A DNA stretch of 64,000 bases from an uncultured Chloroflexia bacterium (GTDB taxonomy: Bacteria; Chloroflexota; Limnocylindria; QHBO01), in assembly GCA_963811145.1 (NCBI GenBank), contig CAWEQC010000001.1:104144-168143 (forward strand), read 5' to 3'. Of the stretch, positions 30,457 through 40,841 are shown piece by piece. The notes beneath the pieces are model-generated. The model was not told the origin of the DNA, did no database searches, and worked only from the letters and a program-made list of their open reading frames with translations. Position numbers and translations under genes: made by a program. Every line of letters starts with the position of its first letter. The first letter of the stretch is position 1.

Positions 30457-31029
30457 ATGATCTGGATCGCGACCGTGACGCTTGGGCTCGCCGCCTGTGC
30501 CGCAACGCCGGGCTCGAGCTCTCGCACTGCGTCGGAGTCACCGTCGCCCAGCGTCTCGGCGTCCGCGACCGCGAGCGTCCCCTCGGCAGAGCCATCGGCC
30601 AGCGAGGTGACGCCGATCGGGGCGGTCCTCCCGAGCGAGATCGGCGGCGTCGAGCTCCACACCTTTCCTGTCGGCGAGGACATCCTCGCCCGGCTCGCCG
30701 CGCGGCTGAGTGTGGCGACTGATGAGCTGGAGGCGGCATTCGCCAGCGACCACGGCGCGCGGTTCGTCCAGATGTACGCGGTCAGGCTGCCAGGCACGAC
30801 GGCAGACGCGCTCGCGGATGCCTGGGGCGCGGTCGCCTATCCGCCGGACGTCGCCGACGTCGGCATCGCCGAGGAGACCATGAATGGACGGCCGATCATC
30901 GTGGTCGACTCGCCGAGCACGGCATCGCGCCTCGGTACCTTCTACCTCGATCGCCGCGGCGAGACCTTGATCGTCGTCCAGGCGTTCGACCTCGACGTCG
31001 CGGTCGCGGCGCTGGCGTCGATGCCCTGA
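30457..31029 (+). CDS. hypothetical lipoprotein
   Basis: Start set at MIWIATVTLGLAAC (lipobox), followed by a Ser/Pro-rich linker. No family recognised. Confidence 0.55.
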   Translation: MIWIATVTLGLAACAATPGSSSRTASESPSPSVSASATASVPSAEPSASEVTPIGAVLPSEIGGVELHTFPVGEDILARLAARLSVATDELEAAFASDHGARFVQMYAVRLPGTTADALADAWGAVAYPPDVADVGIAEETMNGRPIIVVDSPSTASRLGTFYLDRRGETLIVVQAFDLDVAVAALASMP

Positions 31030-31056
31030 GGCTCGCTCGACTCTAGGATTGCGACC

Positions 31057-31797
31057 GTGACGACCGAGGCCCTGATGCTGGCGGCGCTCTTCTTCGCCGC
31101 CGCGCTGCTCTACTCGAGCGTGGGCCACGCCGGAGCATCCGCCTACCTGGCGGCGATGGCGCTCGTCGGCGTATCGGCCTCGACCATGCGGCCAACCGCG
31201 CTGGTCCTGAACCTGTTCGTCGCGACCATCGTGATCGTGAGATTCGCACGCGCCGGTCACCTTCCGTGGCGCAGCCTGGTGCCTCTGGCGATCGGCTCGG
31301 TGCCGATGGCCTTCATCGGGGGCAGCGTCGATCTGCCGGCCGAGATTTACCGGCCGCTCGTGGCGCTCGTGCTCCTGGTGGGAGCGGCTCGCCTGGCGAC
31401 GGCCGGCGTCCCGGACGAGGAGGAGGCCGGCCGCGGCGTCCCATGGCTGCCGGGCATCGCGGCAGGCGCCGCAATCGGGCTCCTCGCCGGCCTCACCGGC
31501 ACCGGCGGCGGCATCTTCCTCACCCCGCTGCTGGTCCTGGCCGCCTGGACCGGGACGCGCGATGCGGCCGGCCTGTCCGGGGCCTTCATCCTGGTCAACT
31601 CGATCGCCGGACTCGCCGGCCTCCTGACCGGCGGCGTCTCTCTGCCGTCCGCGATTCCACTCTGGGTCGCGTCGGTGGCCGCCGGCGGGCTCATCGGTTC
31701 GTGGCTGGGCGCGGCCCGATTCAGCATCCTGAACCTGCGTCGAGCGCTCGCCCTGGTGCTGGTGCTGGCGGCGGCAAAGCTGGTGTTCCTGCCCTGA
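31057..31797 (+). CDS. sulfite-exporter TauE/SafE family membrane protein
   Basis: 246 aa, 7-8 TM, internal repeat with GAAIGLLAGLTGTGGGIFLTPLL. Confidence 0.85.
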   Translation: MTTEALMLAALFFAAALLYSSVGHAGASAYLAAMALVGVSASTMRPTALVLNLFVATIVIVRFARAGHLPWRSLVPLAIGSVPMAFIGGSVDLPAEIYRPLVALVLLVGAARLATAGVPDEEEAGRGVPWLPGIAAGAAIGLLAGLTGTGGGIFLTPLLVLAAWTGTRDAAGLSGAFILVNSIAGLAGLLTGGVSLPSAIPLWVASVAAGGLIGSWLGAARFSILNLRRALALVLVLAAAKLVFLP

Positions 31798-31809
31798 ACC
31801 GGGCGTAGG

Positions 31810-33243
31810 ATGGCGCCGATGACGGCCACCCGAGAGCCTTCGATCCACGGCAGCGAGCTCGTGCGCCTGGTCGGTGCGGACACCGAGGTGCCGCTGGTGA
31901 CGGGCGGGGTGCGGCGCTACGTCAACCTCGACTACGCCGCATCGGCGCCGGCGCTTCAGGCCGTGCATGACGCCGTGGAGGAGCTGCTCGGCTGGTACTC
32001 GAGCGTCCACCGGGGGGCGGGGTTCAAGTCGCGCGCCTCGACGGCCGCCTACGAGGGCGCCCGGGAATCGATCCGCCGCTTCGTGAATGGCCGCGACGAC
32101 GATGCGGTCATCATCACGCGCAACACCACCGACTCGATCAACCTGCTGGCGGGAACCCTGCCCGAGGGAACGCACGTCGTCGCCTTCGCCGGCGAGCACC
32201 ACGCCAACCTGCTGCCATGGAAGCGGATCGGGGTGCGCTACCTGCCGGTCCCCGAGACGCCGGCCGAGATGCTGGAGCAGCTGGAGACGACGCTGCGCGA
32301 TCTCCCCCATTGCGAGGACCCGCATCTCGTCGCCGCGACCGGAGCCTCGAACGTCACCGGCGAGATCTGGCCGGTGGCGGAGATCGCGCGCGTGGCGCAC
32401 GAGCACGGAGCGCGGCTGCTGGTGGACGCGGCACAGCTGGCGCCGCACGCCCCGATCGACATGCGGCGCGACGGGATCGACTATCTCGCGCTCTCCGGCC
32501 ACAAGCTCTACGCGCCGTACGGCGCCGGCGCGCTCATCGGCGAGCGCGACTGGCTCAGCGCCGGCGATCCCTTCCTGCGCGGCGGCGGCGCCGTCAAGCT
32601 CGTGACCGTCGAGGAGACCCTGTGGGCCGAGCTGCCCGACCGCCAGGAGGCAGGCTCACCGAACGTGATCGGCGCGGTGGCCCTCGGCGTCGCCTGCGAC
32701 ACGCTGACGACGGCCGGCATGGCCAGGATCGCCGCCGAGGAGTCGACGCTCCTCGACTACGCTCGGGAGCGCCTGGCCGGCATCGAGGCATTCGAGCATT
32801 ACCGCGTCTGGCCGGCCGAGCATCCGCGCGTCGGCCTGCTCACTTTCAACCTGCGTGGCGTCCCGTACGACCTGCTGGCGGCGGTGCTCTCGGCGGAGCA
32901 TGGGATCGGCATCCGTCACGGCTGCTTCTGCGCCCACCCGCTCATGATGCGGCTGCTCCGGGTGAGCGACGCCGAGGCGGGCCGGCTGCTCGACGAGACC
33001 CGGGCCGGGCGTCACGAGCGACTGCCGGGCGCCGCCCGCATGAGCCTCGGCCTGGGGTCCACCACGGCGGACATCGACGCGTTCGCCGATGCGCTGCGCG
33101 GCATCGCGGCCGACGGGCCGCGCTGGACCTACGCCGTCGCCGACGAGACCGACGAATACGAGCCCGATCCTGACCCGCGGTCGCTGCCGTCGCTCCGAAT
33201 GCGGATGGTCGAGCACCCGCACGGCCACGGGGAGTCCGCGTAA
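31810..33243 (+). CDS. class-V fold PLP-dependent enzyme (cysteine-desulfurase-like)
   Basis: 477 aa. NLDYAASAP, TGASNVTGE, LALSGHKLYAPYGAGAL (PLP Lys) and RHGCFCAHP. Extended C-terminus. Confidence 0.85.
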   Translation: MAPMTATREPSIHGSELVRLVGADTEVPLVTGGVRRYVNLDYAASAPALQAVHDAVEELLGWYSSVHRGAGFKSRASTAAYEGARESIRRFVNGRDDDAVIITRNTTDSINLLAGTLPEGTHVVAFAGEHHANLLPWKRIGVRYLPVPETPAEMLEQLETTLRDLPHCEDPHLVAATGASNVTGEIWPVAEIARVAHEHGARLLVDAAQLAPHAPIDMRRDGIDYLALSGHKLYAPYGAGALIGERDWLSAGDPFLRGGGAVKLVTVEETLWAELPDRQEAGSPNVIGAVALGVACDTLTTAGMARIAAEESTLLDYARERLAGIEAFEHYRVWPAEHPRVGLLTFNLRGVPYDLLAAVLSAEHGIGIRHGCFCAHPLMMRLLRVSDAEAGRLLDETRAGRHERLPGAARMSLGLGSTTADIDAFADALRGIAADGPRWTYAVADETDEYEPDPDPRSLPSLRMRMVEHPHGHGESA

Positions 33244-33249
33244 CGAGGC

Positions 33250-33945
33250 ATGCGTCCCGTGTCGGCTACCGTATGGAGTGACATGAGGAGGATCGGAGCC
33301 GCGCTGGCACGCATTCCACGGGGCGTCGCCTTCTGGGCGCTGGCGGGCGCCGCGCTGCTGATCAGCCATGACGCGATCTTCCTCGTGCAGCTCGGCCCGG
33401 GAGAGGACCTGGCTCGCGCCCTCCGCGCCGCCGGCCACGACTACTGGGGCTGGGCCAGCCTGGCCCTGGCGGTCATCGGAGCTGCGGCCGGGATCGGGGC
33501 GGGCCTCCGCCTGCGGTCGCTTCGGCACCGCGCCGAGCGGCTGCGGGTCACCCCGACCGCGGCAACGTCCGCACTGGCAGGGCGATTCGCTTCCGCGTGG
33601 GTCCGGCTGTTCGCCGTCGTCATCATCGGCTTCGCGCTCCAGGAAAACGTCGAGCACATCATCGCTCACGGGCACGCCATCGGCCCCGGGGCGCTGCTCG
33701 GGCCCGAATACCCGCTGGCGTTGCCGGTGATCGGCCTGATCACGGCGCTGGCCGGCATGCTGGCGGCGGCCGTGCAGCGGACCGAAGCCGAGCTCCTTGC
33801 CGTCATCTTCGCCGCTCGTGGACGAAAGCCGCGACGGGCTCGCCTGGTCAGCCCGCGGAGCCAGCTCGTGTTGCCGCGCCTGACGCCGCTGGCGCATGCG
33901 ATCGCTGGCCGCGCGCCGCCTCACCGGTTCGTTCTCAGCTACTAG
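33250..33945 (+). CDS. hypothetical membrane protein with His-rich loop (ENVEHIIAHGH)
   Basis: 231-aa ORF, 4 TM, directly upstream of the copper locus. No family recognised. Confidence 0.5.
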   Translation: MRPVSATVWSDMRRIGAALARIPRGVAFWALAGAALLISHDAIFLVQLGPGEDLARALRAAGHDYWGWASLALAVIGAAAGIGAGLRLRSLRHRAERLRVTPTAATSALAGRFASAWVRLFAVVIIGFALQENVEHIIAHGHAIGPGALLGPEYPLALPVIGLITALAGMLAAAVQRTEAELLAVIFAARGRKPRRARLVSPRSQLVLPRLTPLAHAIAGRAPPHRFVLSY

Positions 33946-33996
33946 ACGAACCGATTCGGGCGCCGACGCGCCCGCACACGAGGAGATTCAACGCAA

Positions 33997-34584
33997 ATGC
34001 ACACACGTGCCGGACGCATCGCCGTCTTCGGCGCCGTGCTGACGATGTTCGTCAGCATCGGCGCCACGCTCGGCCACGAGGAGCGAGACGTCGGGGAGTA
34101 CAGCGTCGAAGTCGGCTTCATCGACGAGCCCGTCTATACCGGGCAGAAGAGCGGGCTGGAGCTGGGCGTGAGCCAGGGCGAGGAGCCGGTCGAAGGTCTC
34201 GAGGAGACGCTCCAGGCCACCGTCACGTTCGGCGACGAGAGCCGTGACCTTCCGCTCGAGCCTCGCTTCGGCGAGCCGGGATGGTACGAGTCGGTCTTCT
34301 TCCCGACAGCGGCCGGGCCGTACACCTTCCGCATCTACGGCGACATCGATGGCACGGCCATCGATGAGTCGTTCACCTCGAGCCCCGAGGGCTTCAGCGA
34401 GGTGCAGGACGTGGTCGGCGGCCAGTTCCCGGTCACCCTGCCGGCCGCCGGGGACACGGCCCGCGATGCGACGGCGGGTGCCGCGGCAGCCGGAACCGCA
34501 ACCCTCGCGCTCGTCGTCGGCGGGGCCGGCCTGCTGGCCGGGCTGGTCGCCCTTGGGCTCGCCCTGGCGCGTCGCCGGACCTGA
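33997..34584 (+). CDS. secreted, C-terminally membrane-anchored protein (possible copper-binding partner of CopCD)
   Basis: Signal peptide ends ...IGATLG|HEER, so the mature protein would begin with His. C-terminal TM plus RRRT. TGATG overlap with the CopC-CopD gene. Confidence 0.6.
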   Translation: MHTRAGRIAVFGAVLTMFVSIGATLGHEERDVGEYSVEVGFIDEPVYTGQKSGLELGVSQGEEPVEGLEETLQATVTFGDESRDLPLEPRFGEPGWYESVFFPTAAGPYTFRIYGDIDGTAIDESFTSSPEGFSEVQDVVGGQFPVTLPAAGDTARDATAGAAAAGTATLALVVGGAGLLAGLVALGLALARRRT

Positions 34585-36474
34585 TGCGCCAACCAGGGCG
34601 ATTGGGACTCGCTGCCTCGATCGCCGTGCTCGCCATGCTCATCTTTCCGGCCCTGCCGGGAGCGATGGGTGGGCGGGTGCTCGCTCACGCCCAGCTGGTC
34701 GCCAGCTCGCCGGGCGCGGGGGCCACCGTCCCGGATGTGCCGGACGATATCCGCCTCGTCTTCAGCGAGCCGCTGGAGGCGGCAGGTGAGCTCCGTCGAC
34801 ATCGCCGACCTGAATGGCAACGTGATCGTGTCGCGTGCAGGGGACGTCGACCCGGATGACCCCTATGCCCTGGTCGTGACCGGGGTGCCCCTGGTCGACG
34901 GTGGCATTTACCTCGTGACCTGGCGCAACGTCTCGGCCGCCGACGGCCACGCCTCTCAGGGATTCTTCTACTTCGGGGTCGGCGACGTGCCCGGGTCACT
35001 GGCCGGTGGTCCGGGCGGCATGGTGCACGCCCCCACCCAGCCGCTCGACGTCATCGGGCGCTGGCTGACCTACCTCGGCATCCTGCTTGCGCTCGGCGTT
35101 GCCGTCTTCCATGCCGTCGTGATCCGTGGCGGACCGATCCCGCGAGCGGGCGTGCGCGCACTGGCCGCGATGCTCCTGATCTCGGCGACCGCGACACTCG
35201 CGCTGGCAGCCGCCGCCGGACTGGAGGCGGGTTCGATCTTCGACCACCTCCTGTCGGGTCGCAACGGACTCCTGCAGCTGGCGCGCGCAGGGGTCGCAGC
35301 CGTCGGCGCCGCCGCGCTGCTCTTCCTGCCCCGGCGCTGGGCCGCAGCGGTGGCGGCGGGGACCGGCGTGGCAGGGATCGTCCTGCTCGCGGCCGCGGGA
35401 CACGCGTCAGCGCTTCCCACCCCCGTGCCGATCATCGCCGCTGCCATCCACGTGGGCGCCGCCGCGATCTGGATCGGCGGCATCGTGAGCCTCCTCGTGC
35501 TCACCGTGCGACCCGGGCTGCTGGTCGACGGACCGACGCCGAACATGCGGTCGCTCCTCCCGCGCTTCTCCGCCGTGGCGCTGGGCGCAATCGGCCTCGT
35601 CGCGCTCACCGGCGTGTATCAGTCGTACTCGCAGACCGGCGTGCTGCTCGACACCGGAACCGAATACGGGCGCACGCTGCTCATGAAGTCCGCCGTTGCG
35701 CTCGGCGCGTTGAGCCTTGGCGGCCTCAACTACTTCGATGGCGGCCGGCTGATGGGCTGGCTCGGCGGGTTCCGGCGCCGGATCACCGTCGAGGTCGCGC
35801 TCGCGACCGTCGTGCTGGTGCTGACCGCTGCATTGGCCATCACGCCCCCCGTCGATACGCCGACCGGCGTGGCCATCAAACCGATCCCGGACGCCTTCGG
35901 CAAGGTCGCCCCCGGCATGAGCATGCAGGTCATCCCGGGCCGTCCCGGGATCAACCGCATCGTCGTGACGACCACCGACGCGCTGGCGGGACTGTCGGTG
36001 CTCGAGCTCGGCCTGGACGATCTCGACACGGGAACGTCGACGCGCGTGCCCCTCGTCCTGGAGTCGATGCCCGGAATGAGCCACGGCGGCAGCGGCACCG
36101 GGATGGAACACGTGACCGACGACGGCTCAGTCGACTGGACTGCCGACTCCGTCGTTCTGCCGACCGGGAGCCAATGGGACGCGAGCGTCCGCATCCTGTC
36201 GGCCTCGGGCGACACCGAGATCTCGCGCCAGCGCTTCGCATTCACGCTGTCGGACGATGGGATCGACGCAGGACGCGTCGCCAACCTTCTGAACCCGGCT
36301 TCGGCGGTGGCTGCGCTTCTCGCCCTTGGCGGCGCGCTCGCCCTGGGCCTCGGACTCGGCGGCTTCAGCCTCCCCCGCTGCGAGGCCGCGGCGTCGCGCA
36401 TCGCCCTGTTGGCCGGTGGCAGCGTCGCCGCCATCCTCGGAGCCGCCATCGGTGTGACCCAGCTGGTGACCTGA
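34584..36474 (+). pseudogene. CopC-CopD fusion copper resistance/uptake protein; one frameshift in the CopC domain
   Basis: Signal peptide, then AHAQLVASSPGAGATV...LVFSEPLEA in one frame and SSVDIADLNGN...VTWRNVSAADGHASQGFFYFGVG plus a 10-TM CopD-like region in the +1 frame. Junction about 34788. Confidence 0.8.
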
Positions 36475-36517
36475 CCCGACTTGGCAGCATCTCGCCCCGC
36501 TGCCACCATGGCTCCCG

Positions 36518-37537
36518 ATGCCGAACCCCCTCACCGTCCTCGACACGCTCGGCCGCCCGATGCGCGACCTGCGCATCAGCGTCACGGACCGATGCAACTT
36601 CCGCTGCGTGTACTGCATGCCGAAGGAGGTCTTCGGGAGCGACCACGCATTCCTGCCGCGGACGGAGATCCTCGACTTCGAGGAGATCGAACGCGTGGTC
36701 CGGGCCTCGGTGGCGCTGGGCGTGCGGAAGATTCGCCTCACCGGCGGTGAGCCGCTCGTCCGCCGCAACCTCGAGACGCTGGTGCGGATGCTCGCAGCCA
36801 TCGAGGGCATCGAGGACCTGACGCTGACCACAAACGCCTCGCTGCTGGCCGATCGCGCGCAGGTGCTCGCGGACGCGGGCCTTCACAGGGTGACCGTCAG
36901 CCTCGACGCGCTCGACGACCCGACCTTCCAGTCGATGAACGATGTCGGCTTCCCGGTCTCACGCGTGCTCGAGGGGATCGCGGCCGCCGAGGAGGCTGGC
37001 CTCGGGCCGATCAAGGTCAACGCCGTCATCCGGCGAGGGCTGAACGAGCACGCCATCGTCGACCTTGCCGAGCATTTCCGCCGCACCCCGACGACGGTCC
37101 GGTACATCGAGTACATGGACGTCGGCCACACCAATGGCTGGCGCCTGGACGACGTCGTGGCGGCCGCCGAGGTCGTGGCGGCCATCGACGCGCGCTGGCC
37201 GCTCCAGCCGGTCGAGTCGGCGTACCGTGGCGAGGTTGCGCAGCGCTATCGGTACCGTGACGGGGCCGGCGAGATCGGTGTGATCAGCAGCGTCACCCAG
37301 CCGTTCTGCGGCGACTGCACGCGGGCGCGCCTCACCGCCGACGGCCAGCTGTTCACCTGCCTGTTCGCGACCTCCGGACACGACCTGCGCGCCCTGCTCC
37401 GCTCCGGCGCCGGCGACGCCGAGCTGGCCGAGACGCTGCGCGTCATCTGGGCCGGCCGCGACGACCGCTACTCCGAGCTGCGCACGCTCGACACGGTCGA
37501 CCTGCCCAAGGTCGAGATGAGCTTCATCGGGGGCTGA
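36518..37537 (+). CDS. moaA: GTP 3',8-cyclase (molybdenum cofactor biosynthesis protein A)
   Basis: Radical-SAM CNFRCVYCMP, GGEPLVR, C-terminal cluster CGDCTRARLTADG, terminal GG. Confidence 0.92.
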   Translation: MPNPLTVLDTLGRPMRDLRISVTDRCNFRCVYCMPKEVFGSDHAFLPRTEILDFEEIERVVRASVALGVRKIRLTGGEPLVRRNLETLVRMLAAIEGIEDLTLTTNASLLADRAQVLADAGLHRVTVSLDALDDPTFQSMNDVGFPVSRVLEGIAAAEEAGLGPIKVNAVIRRGLNEHAIVDLAEHFRRTPTTVRYIEYMDVGHTNGWRLDDVVAAAEVVAAIDARWPLQPVESAYRGEVAQRYRYRDGAGEIGVISSVTQPFCGDCTRARLTADGQLFTCLFATSGHDLRALLRSGAGDAELAETLRVIWAGRDDRYSELRTLDTVDLPKVEMSFIGG

Positions 37538-37552
37538 CGGAGGACCGATCCA

Positions 37553-38701
37553 TTGAGCGTCTCGCGACTCGAGGACATCCCGGGCTTCAACATCGACCGA
37601 GTGGCCGCGGCGGCGGGCGACGACCCCGACGTCCTGCGCATGGAGAACCTCGACACCGACCTGCGGCCTCCGGCCGCTGCGATCGAGGCGACGAAGGCGG
37701 CGATCGACACGTACGACGGAAACAGCTGGCTGCCCTTCACCGGCCGAGACGACCTGAAGGAGGCCGTGGCCTCGTTCATCGAGCGACGCGGCGGGCCACG
37801 CTACGACGGGCGGCGCGAGATCGTGATCACCAGCGGCGAGGGCACGGCCATGCTCGATGCGCTGTTCTGCCTGACCAATCCCGGCGACGAGGTGATCCTC
37901 ACCGATCCGACCTACGCCGGGATGATCAACCGCGTCCGGCTCGTCGGGGCGGTGCCGCGCCTGGCACCGCTGGTCGTCGCGCACGGCGAGTGGCGCCTGG
38001 ACCTCGACGCGCTCCGCGCATCCGTCACGGAGCGGACTCGGGTGGTCTTCATCCACAACGCGTCCTTCCCGAGCGGCTGGGTGGTGAGCGACGACGAATG
38101 GGACGCGATCGCCTCCCTCTGCCGCGATCACGACCTCCGGCTCCTGTACTGGGGCGTCTACGAGAGCATCCTGTTCGACGGGCGGCCGATGCGATTGCCC
38201 AGCGCCATGGACGGAATGCGCGACCGGACCGTGACCATCGGCTCCGGCATCGAGCAGCGCATGATCGGCTGGCGCGTCGGCTGGATCGTCGCGCCCGGTG
38301 AGCTGGTCAACGACGTCTCGCGAGTTGAGATCTACAACGATCTCGTCCCGAGCAACTTCTCGCAGGTCGGGCTGCGGGCGGCCCTCGAAACGCAAGACGA
38401 GGAGCAGGCGGCGGCCACGGCGGAGTATCAGCGCCGGCGCGACGAGACGATGCGCCAGCTCGGGGGCCTGCCGGCCATCTCCGCCGCCGGCGGCTGGTCG
38501 CTGCTGCTCGATGTCGCGTCGCTCGGCCTCGACGGTGCCGAAGTCTCGAGCCGGCTCCTCGAGCACAAGGTGGCTGCCACCCAGATGCGCGGCTGGGGTG
38601 GCGAGGTCGCCGATCGTCACGTCCGCTTCGTGTTCAGTCGCGAGCCGGTGGAGCGGATCGCCCTTCTCGGTGAGCGAGTGCGGGCCGCTCTGGCCTTCTG
38701 A
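37553..38701 (+). CDS. class I/II PLP aminotransferase
   Basis: 382 aa, TTG start. LRMENLDTDLRPP, ILTDPTYAGM and FIHNASFPSG fit the aspartate/aromatic aminotransferase-like fold. Confidence 0.85.
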   Translation: MSVSRLEDIPGFNIDRVAAAAGDDPDVLRMENLDTDLRPPAAAIEATKAAIDTYDGNSWLPFTGRDDLKEAVASFIERRGGPRYDGRREIVITSGEGTAMLDALFCLTNPGDEVILTDPTYAGMINRVRLVGAVPRLAPLVVAHGEWRLDLDALRASVTERTRVVFIHNASFPSGWVVSDDEWDAIASLCRDHDLRLLYWGVYESILFDGRPMRLPSAMDGMRDRTVTIGSGIEQRMIGWRVGWIVAPGELVNDVSRVEIYNDLVPSNFSQVGLRAALETQDEEQAAATAEYQRRRDETMRQLGGLPAISAAGGWSLLLDVASLGLDGAEVSSRLLEHKVAATQMRGWGGEVADRHVRFVFSREPVERIALLGERVRAALAF

Positions 38702-38767
38702 CCAGGCGAATTTGGCCCGCCGCATGCGGTGCGGAGCGCTGGTCAACATCGAAAGGAGCAGATCACC

Positions 38768-38953
38768 ATGTGCCTGAACTGCGGCTGCATGCGCGCCCAT
38801 GACGACATGGGCAAGCCCGGAGTGAACATCACCTACGAGGACGTCAAACGCGCCGCGGAGGCCAACGGGACCACCGTCGATGAGGCGCTCGAGACGATCT
38901 CGCGCACCGCCGACAAGGATCGAGGCGACCACCCCCAGGAGTACGCCGGCTGA
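38768..38953 (+). CDS. small Cys-rich protein MCLNCGCM... (61 aa), hypothetical
   Basis: ATG 38768 lies 8 nt after AAGGAG. N-terminal CxxCxC motif, acidic C-terminus, high GC3. Confidence 0.55.
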   Translation: MCLNCGCMRAHDDMGKPGVNITYEDVKRAAEANGTTVDEALETISRTADKDRGDHPQEYAG

Positions 38954-38955
38954 CG

Positions 38956-39972
38956 TTACCCGTGGATCGGGCCGGGCCGATCGCGGAGCGGGGTTCCCGT
39001 CCGGCCGCGCAGGGTAGCGAGGATCTCGCCGACGATCGCGGTGGCGACCTCCTCGGCGCCGTCAGCGCCGACGTCCAGGCCCGCCGGAGCGTGAAGCGCC
39101 GCCAGGTCAGCGTCGGTCGGTGACGTCTCCAGCTCGGCGAGGAGCCGATCGGTTCTGTCGCGCGGCCCGAGCACCCCGAGGTAACGAACGCCGCGCCCCA
39201 GGAATCCGCCGAGGGATGCGGCATCGCGAAGATAGTCGTGGCTCATCAGGACGACGGCTGTCCACTCGCTCGCTCCGGCGGCTTCGGCCGCCTCGGCCGG
39301 CTCGACGTCATGCAGGACCGCGCCGGGGAAGCGTTCCGGGCGCAGCAGCGAGCGGCGTCGATCGATCACGCTGACGCGCCAGCCAAGACGCAGCCCGGCG
39401 GCGACCAGCGGACCAGCATCCGGACCGGCGCCGCACACCACCAGGTGCAGCGGCGGCAGGATCGGGTCGAGGACGGCCTCGCCGATGATCGTCGGTCGGC
39501 CGTGGGCGACGGCCAGCGCGGCACGCTCGCCGAGCGCATCGGCCTCCTGCTCGGTCAGGACGCGACGCTCGCCGTCGAGGCCGGTGAGCAGGTAGGTCGC
39601 ACTACCGTCGCGGGCGGCGCGGAGCGCGTCGAGCGTCTCGGCCGCCAGGGCCGGGGGCTCCGCCAGCAGGTCGATCACGCCGCGGCAGCCGAGTCCCATG
39701 CCCCACAGCTCGTCGCCCTCGGCCGAGTGGTCGACGGTCACCAGCACCGGCGCGTCGAGCCTGATCGCCTCGCGAGCCAGGCGCGCGGCCTCCTCCTCGA
39801 GGCATCCACCGGAGATGAGGCCGATCGGGGGGCTCGACGAAGGCACCAGCAGCCGGGCGCCCGGTCGTCGATACGAGGACCCGCGCACCGCCACGACGGT
39901 GGCCAGCGCCGCCGGCTCTCCATCGGCGCGGAGCCGTGCGGCGGCCTCGAGGATGGCGTCGATCTCGCTCAC
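38956..39972 (-). CDS. XdhC/CoxI-family molybdoenzyme maturation factor
   Basis: N-terminal ATVVAVRGSSYRRPGARLLV (XdhC_CoxI) and C-terminal Rossmann LVVCGAGPDAGPLV. Confidence 0.85.
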   Translation of the reverse strand: MSEIDAILEAAARLRADGEPAALATVVAVRGSSYRRPGARLLVPSSSPPIGLISGGCLEEEAARLAREAIRLDAPVLVTVDHSAEGDELWGMGLGCRGVIDLLAEPPALAAETLDALRAARDGSATYLLTGLDGERRVLTEQEADALGERAALAVAHGRPTIIGEAVLDPILPPLHLVVCGAGPDAGPLVAAGLRLGWRVSVIDRRRSLLRPERFPGAVLHDVEPAEAAEAAGASEWTAVVLMSHDYLRDAASLGGFLGRGVRYLGVLGPRDRTDRLLAELETSPTDADLAALHAPAGLDVGADGAEEVATAIVGEILATLRGRTGTPLRDRPGPIHG

Positions 39973-39995
39973 CGGGCGACTCTACCCCGGGTGGC

Positions 39996-40814
39996 CTAGG
40001 TGGTCCGGCCTGCCTCGCCGAAGTACTCCAGGAGCAGCGCATTGAAGCGGTCGGGCTGCTCGAGGTTCAGCATGTGTGCCGATCCCTCGAACACCTCGAG
40101 CCGCGCGCCGGGAACGACATCCGCGAGGTGCCGCATCGAGTCACTCGTGCCGGGGTCGTCCAGCGTGCCGAGCATCACCAGCAGCGGGGCACGCAGCTCG
40201 CCGAGCCGTCCGTCCGCAGGCGGGTCGAGTGGTTGCGGCTGGCCCTCCTCCTTCTCGGCCAGGTAGTTCGTCAGGATCCAGTCGTGCACCCGTGCACGAA
40301 TCTCCGGATCGACGCGGCCGGCTGGCTGTCCAGGCCCCTCGGCCCAATAGGCGGTCTCCCACTCGGCGACCGGAACCCAGTCGTGCGCCTCGGTCCACGC
40401 CTCGACCTGATCCCAACCTTCCGGCGCCTCGTCGCCCGCGTCGTAGCCGCCGACCCCTCCTGCAGCAACGACGAGCGAGCGCACCCGCTCAGGAAACTCG
40501 ATCGCGAAGTCGAGCGCGATCTGTCCGCCGCGCGACAGCCCGACGACATGCGCGGATCGTTCGCCGAGGTGATCCAGCAGCGCGGCGATATCGGCTCGGT
40601 TCGAGAACTCGACCGCATCGGTCTCCGTGCGTCCAATGCCACGGGTGTCGTAGCGAATCACCCGGTAGGAATCGCGAAGGGCAGCGACCTGGCCGTCCCA
40701 CATGCGGAGATCCGCGACGCCGGCGTGGATGAGCACCACCGGCTCGCCCGTTCCGTCCACCTCGTAGTAGATGCGAGCGCCGTTCGTCTCGAGTGTGCCG
40801 GTCTCGGTTGGCAT
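39996..40814 (-). CDS. alpha/beta-fold hydrolase
   Basis: VVLIHAGVAD, nucleophile elbow VGLSRGG, C-terminal GSAHMLNLEQPDRFN. Confidence 0.85.
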   Translation of the reverse strand: MPTETGTLETNGARIYYEVDGTGEPVVLIHAGVADLRMWDGQVAALRDSYRVIRYDTRGIGRTETDAVEFSNRADIAALLDHLGERSAHVVGLSRGGQIALDFAIEFPERVRSLVVAAGGVGGYDAGDEAPEGWDQVEAWTEAHDWVPVAEWETAYWAEGPGQPAGRVDPEIRARVHDWILTNYLAEKEEGQPQPLDPPADGRLGELRAPLLVMLGTLDDPGTSDSMRHLADVVPGARLEVFEGSAHMLNLEQPDRFNALLLEYFGEAGRTT

Positions 40815-40841
40815 GAGCCGATGCTAACGCGATTTCCCGAC

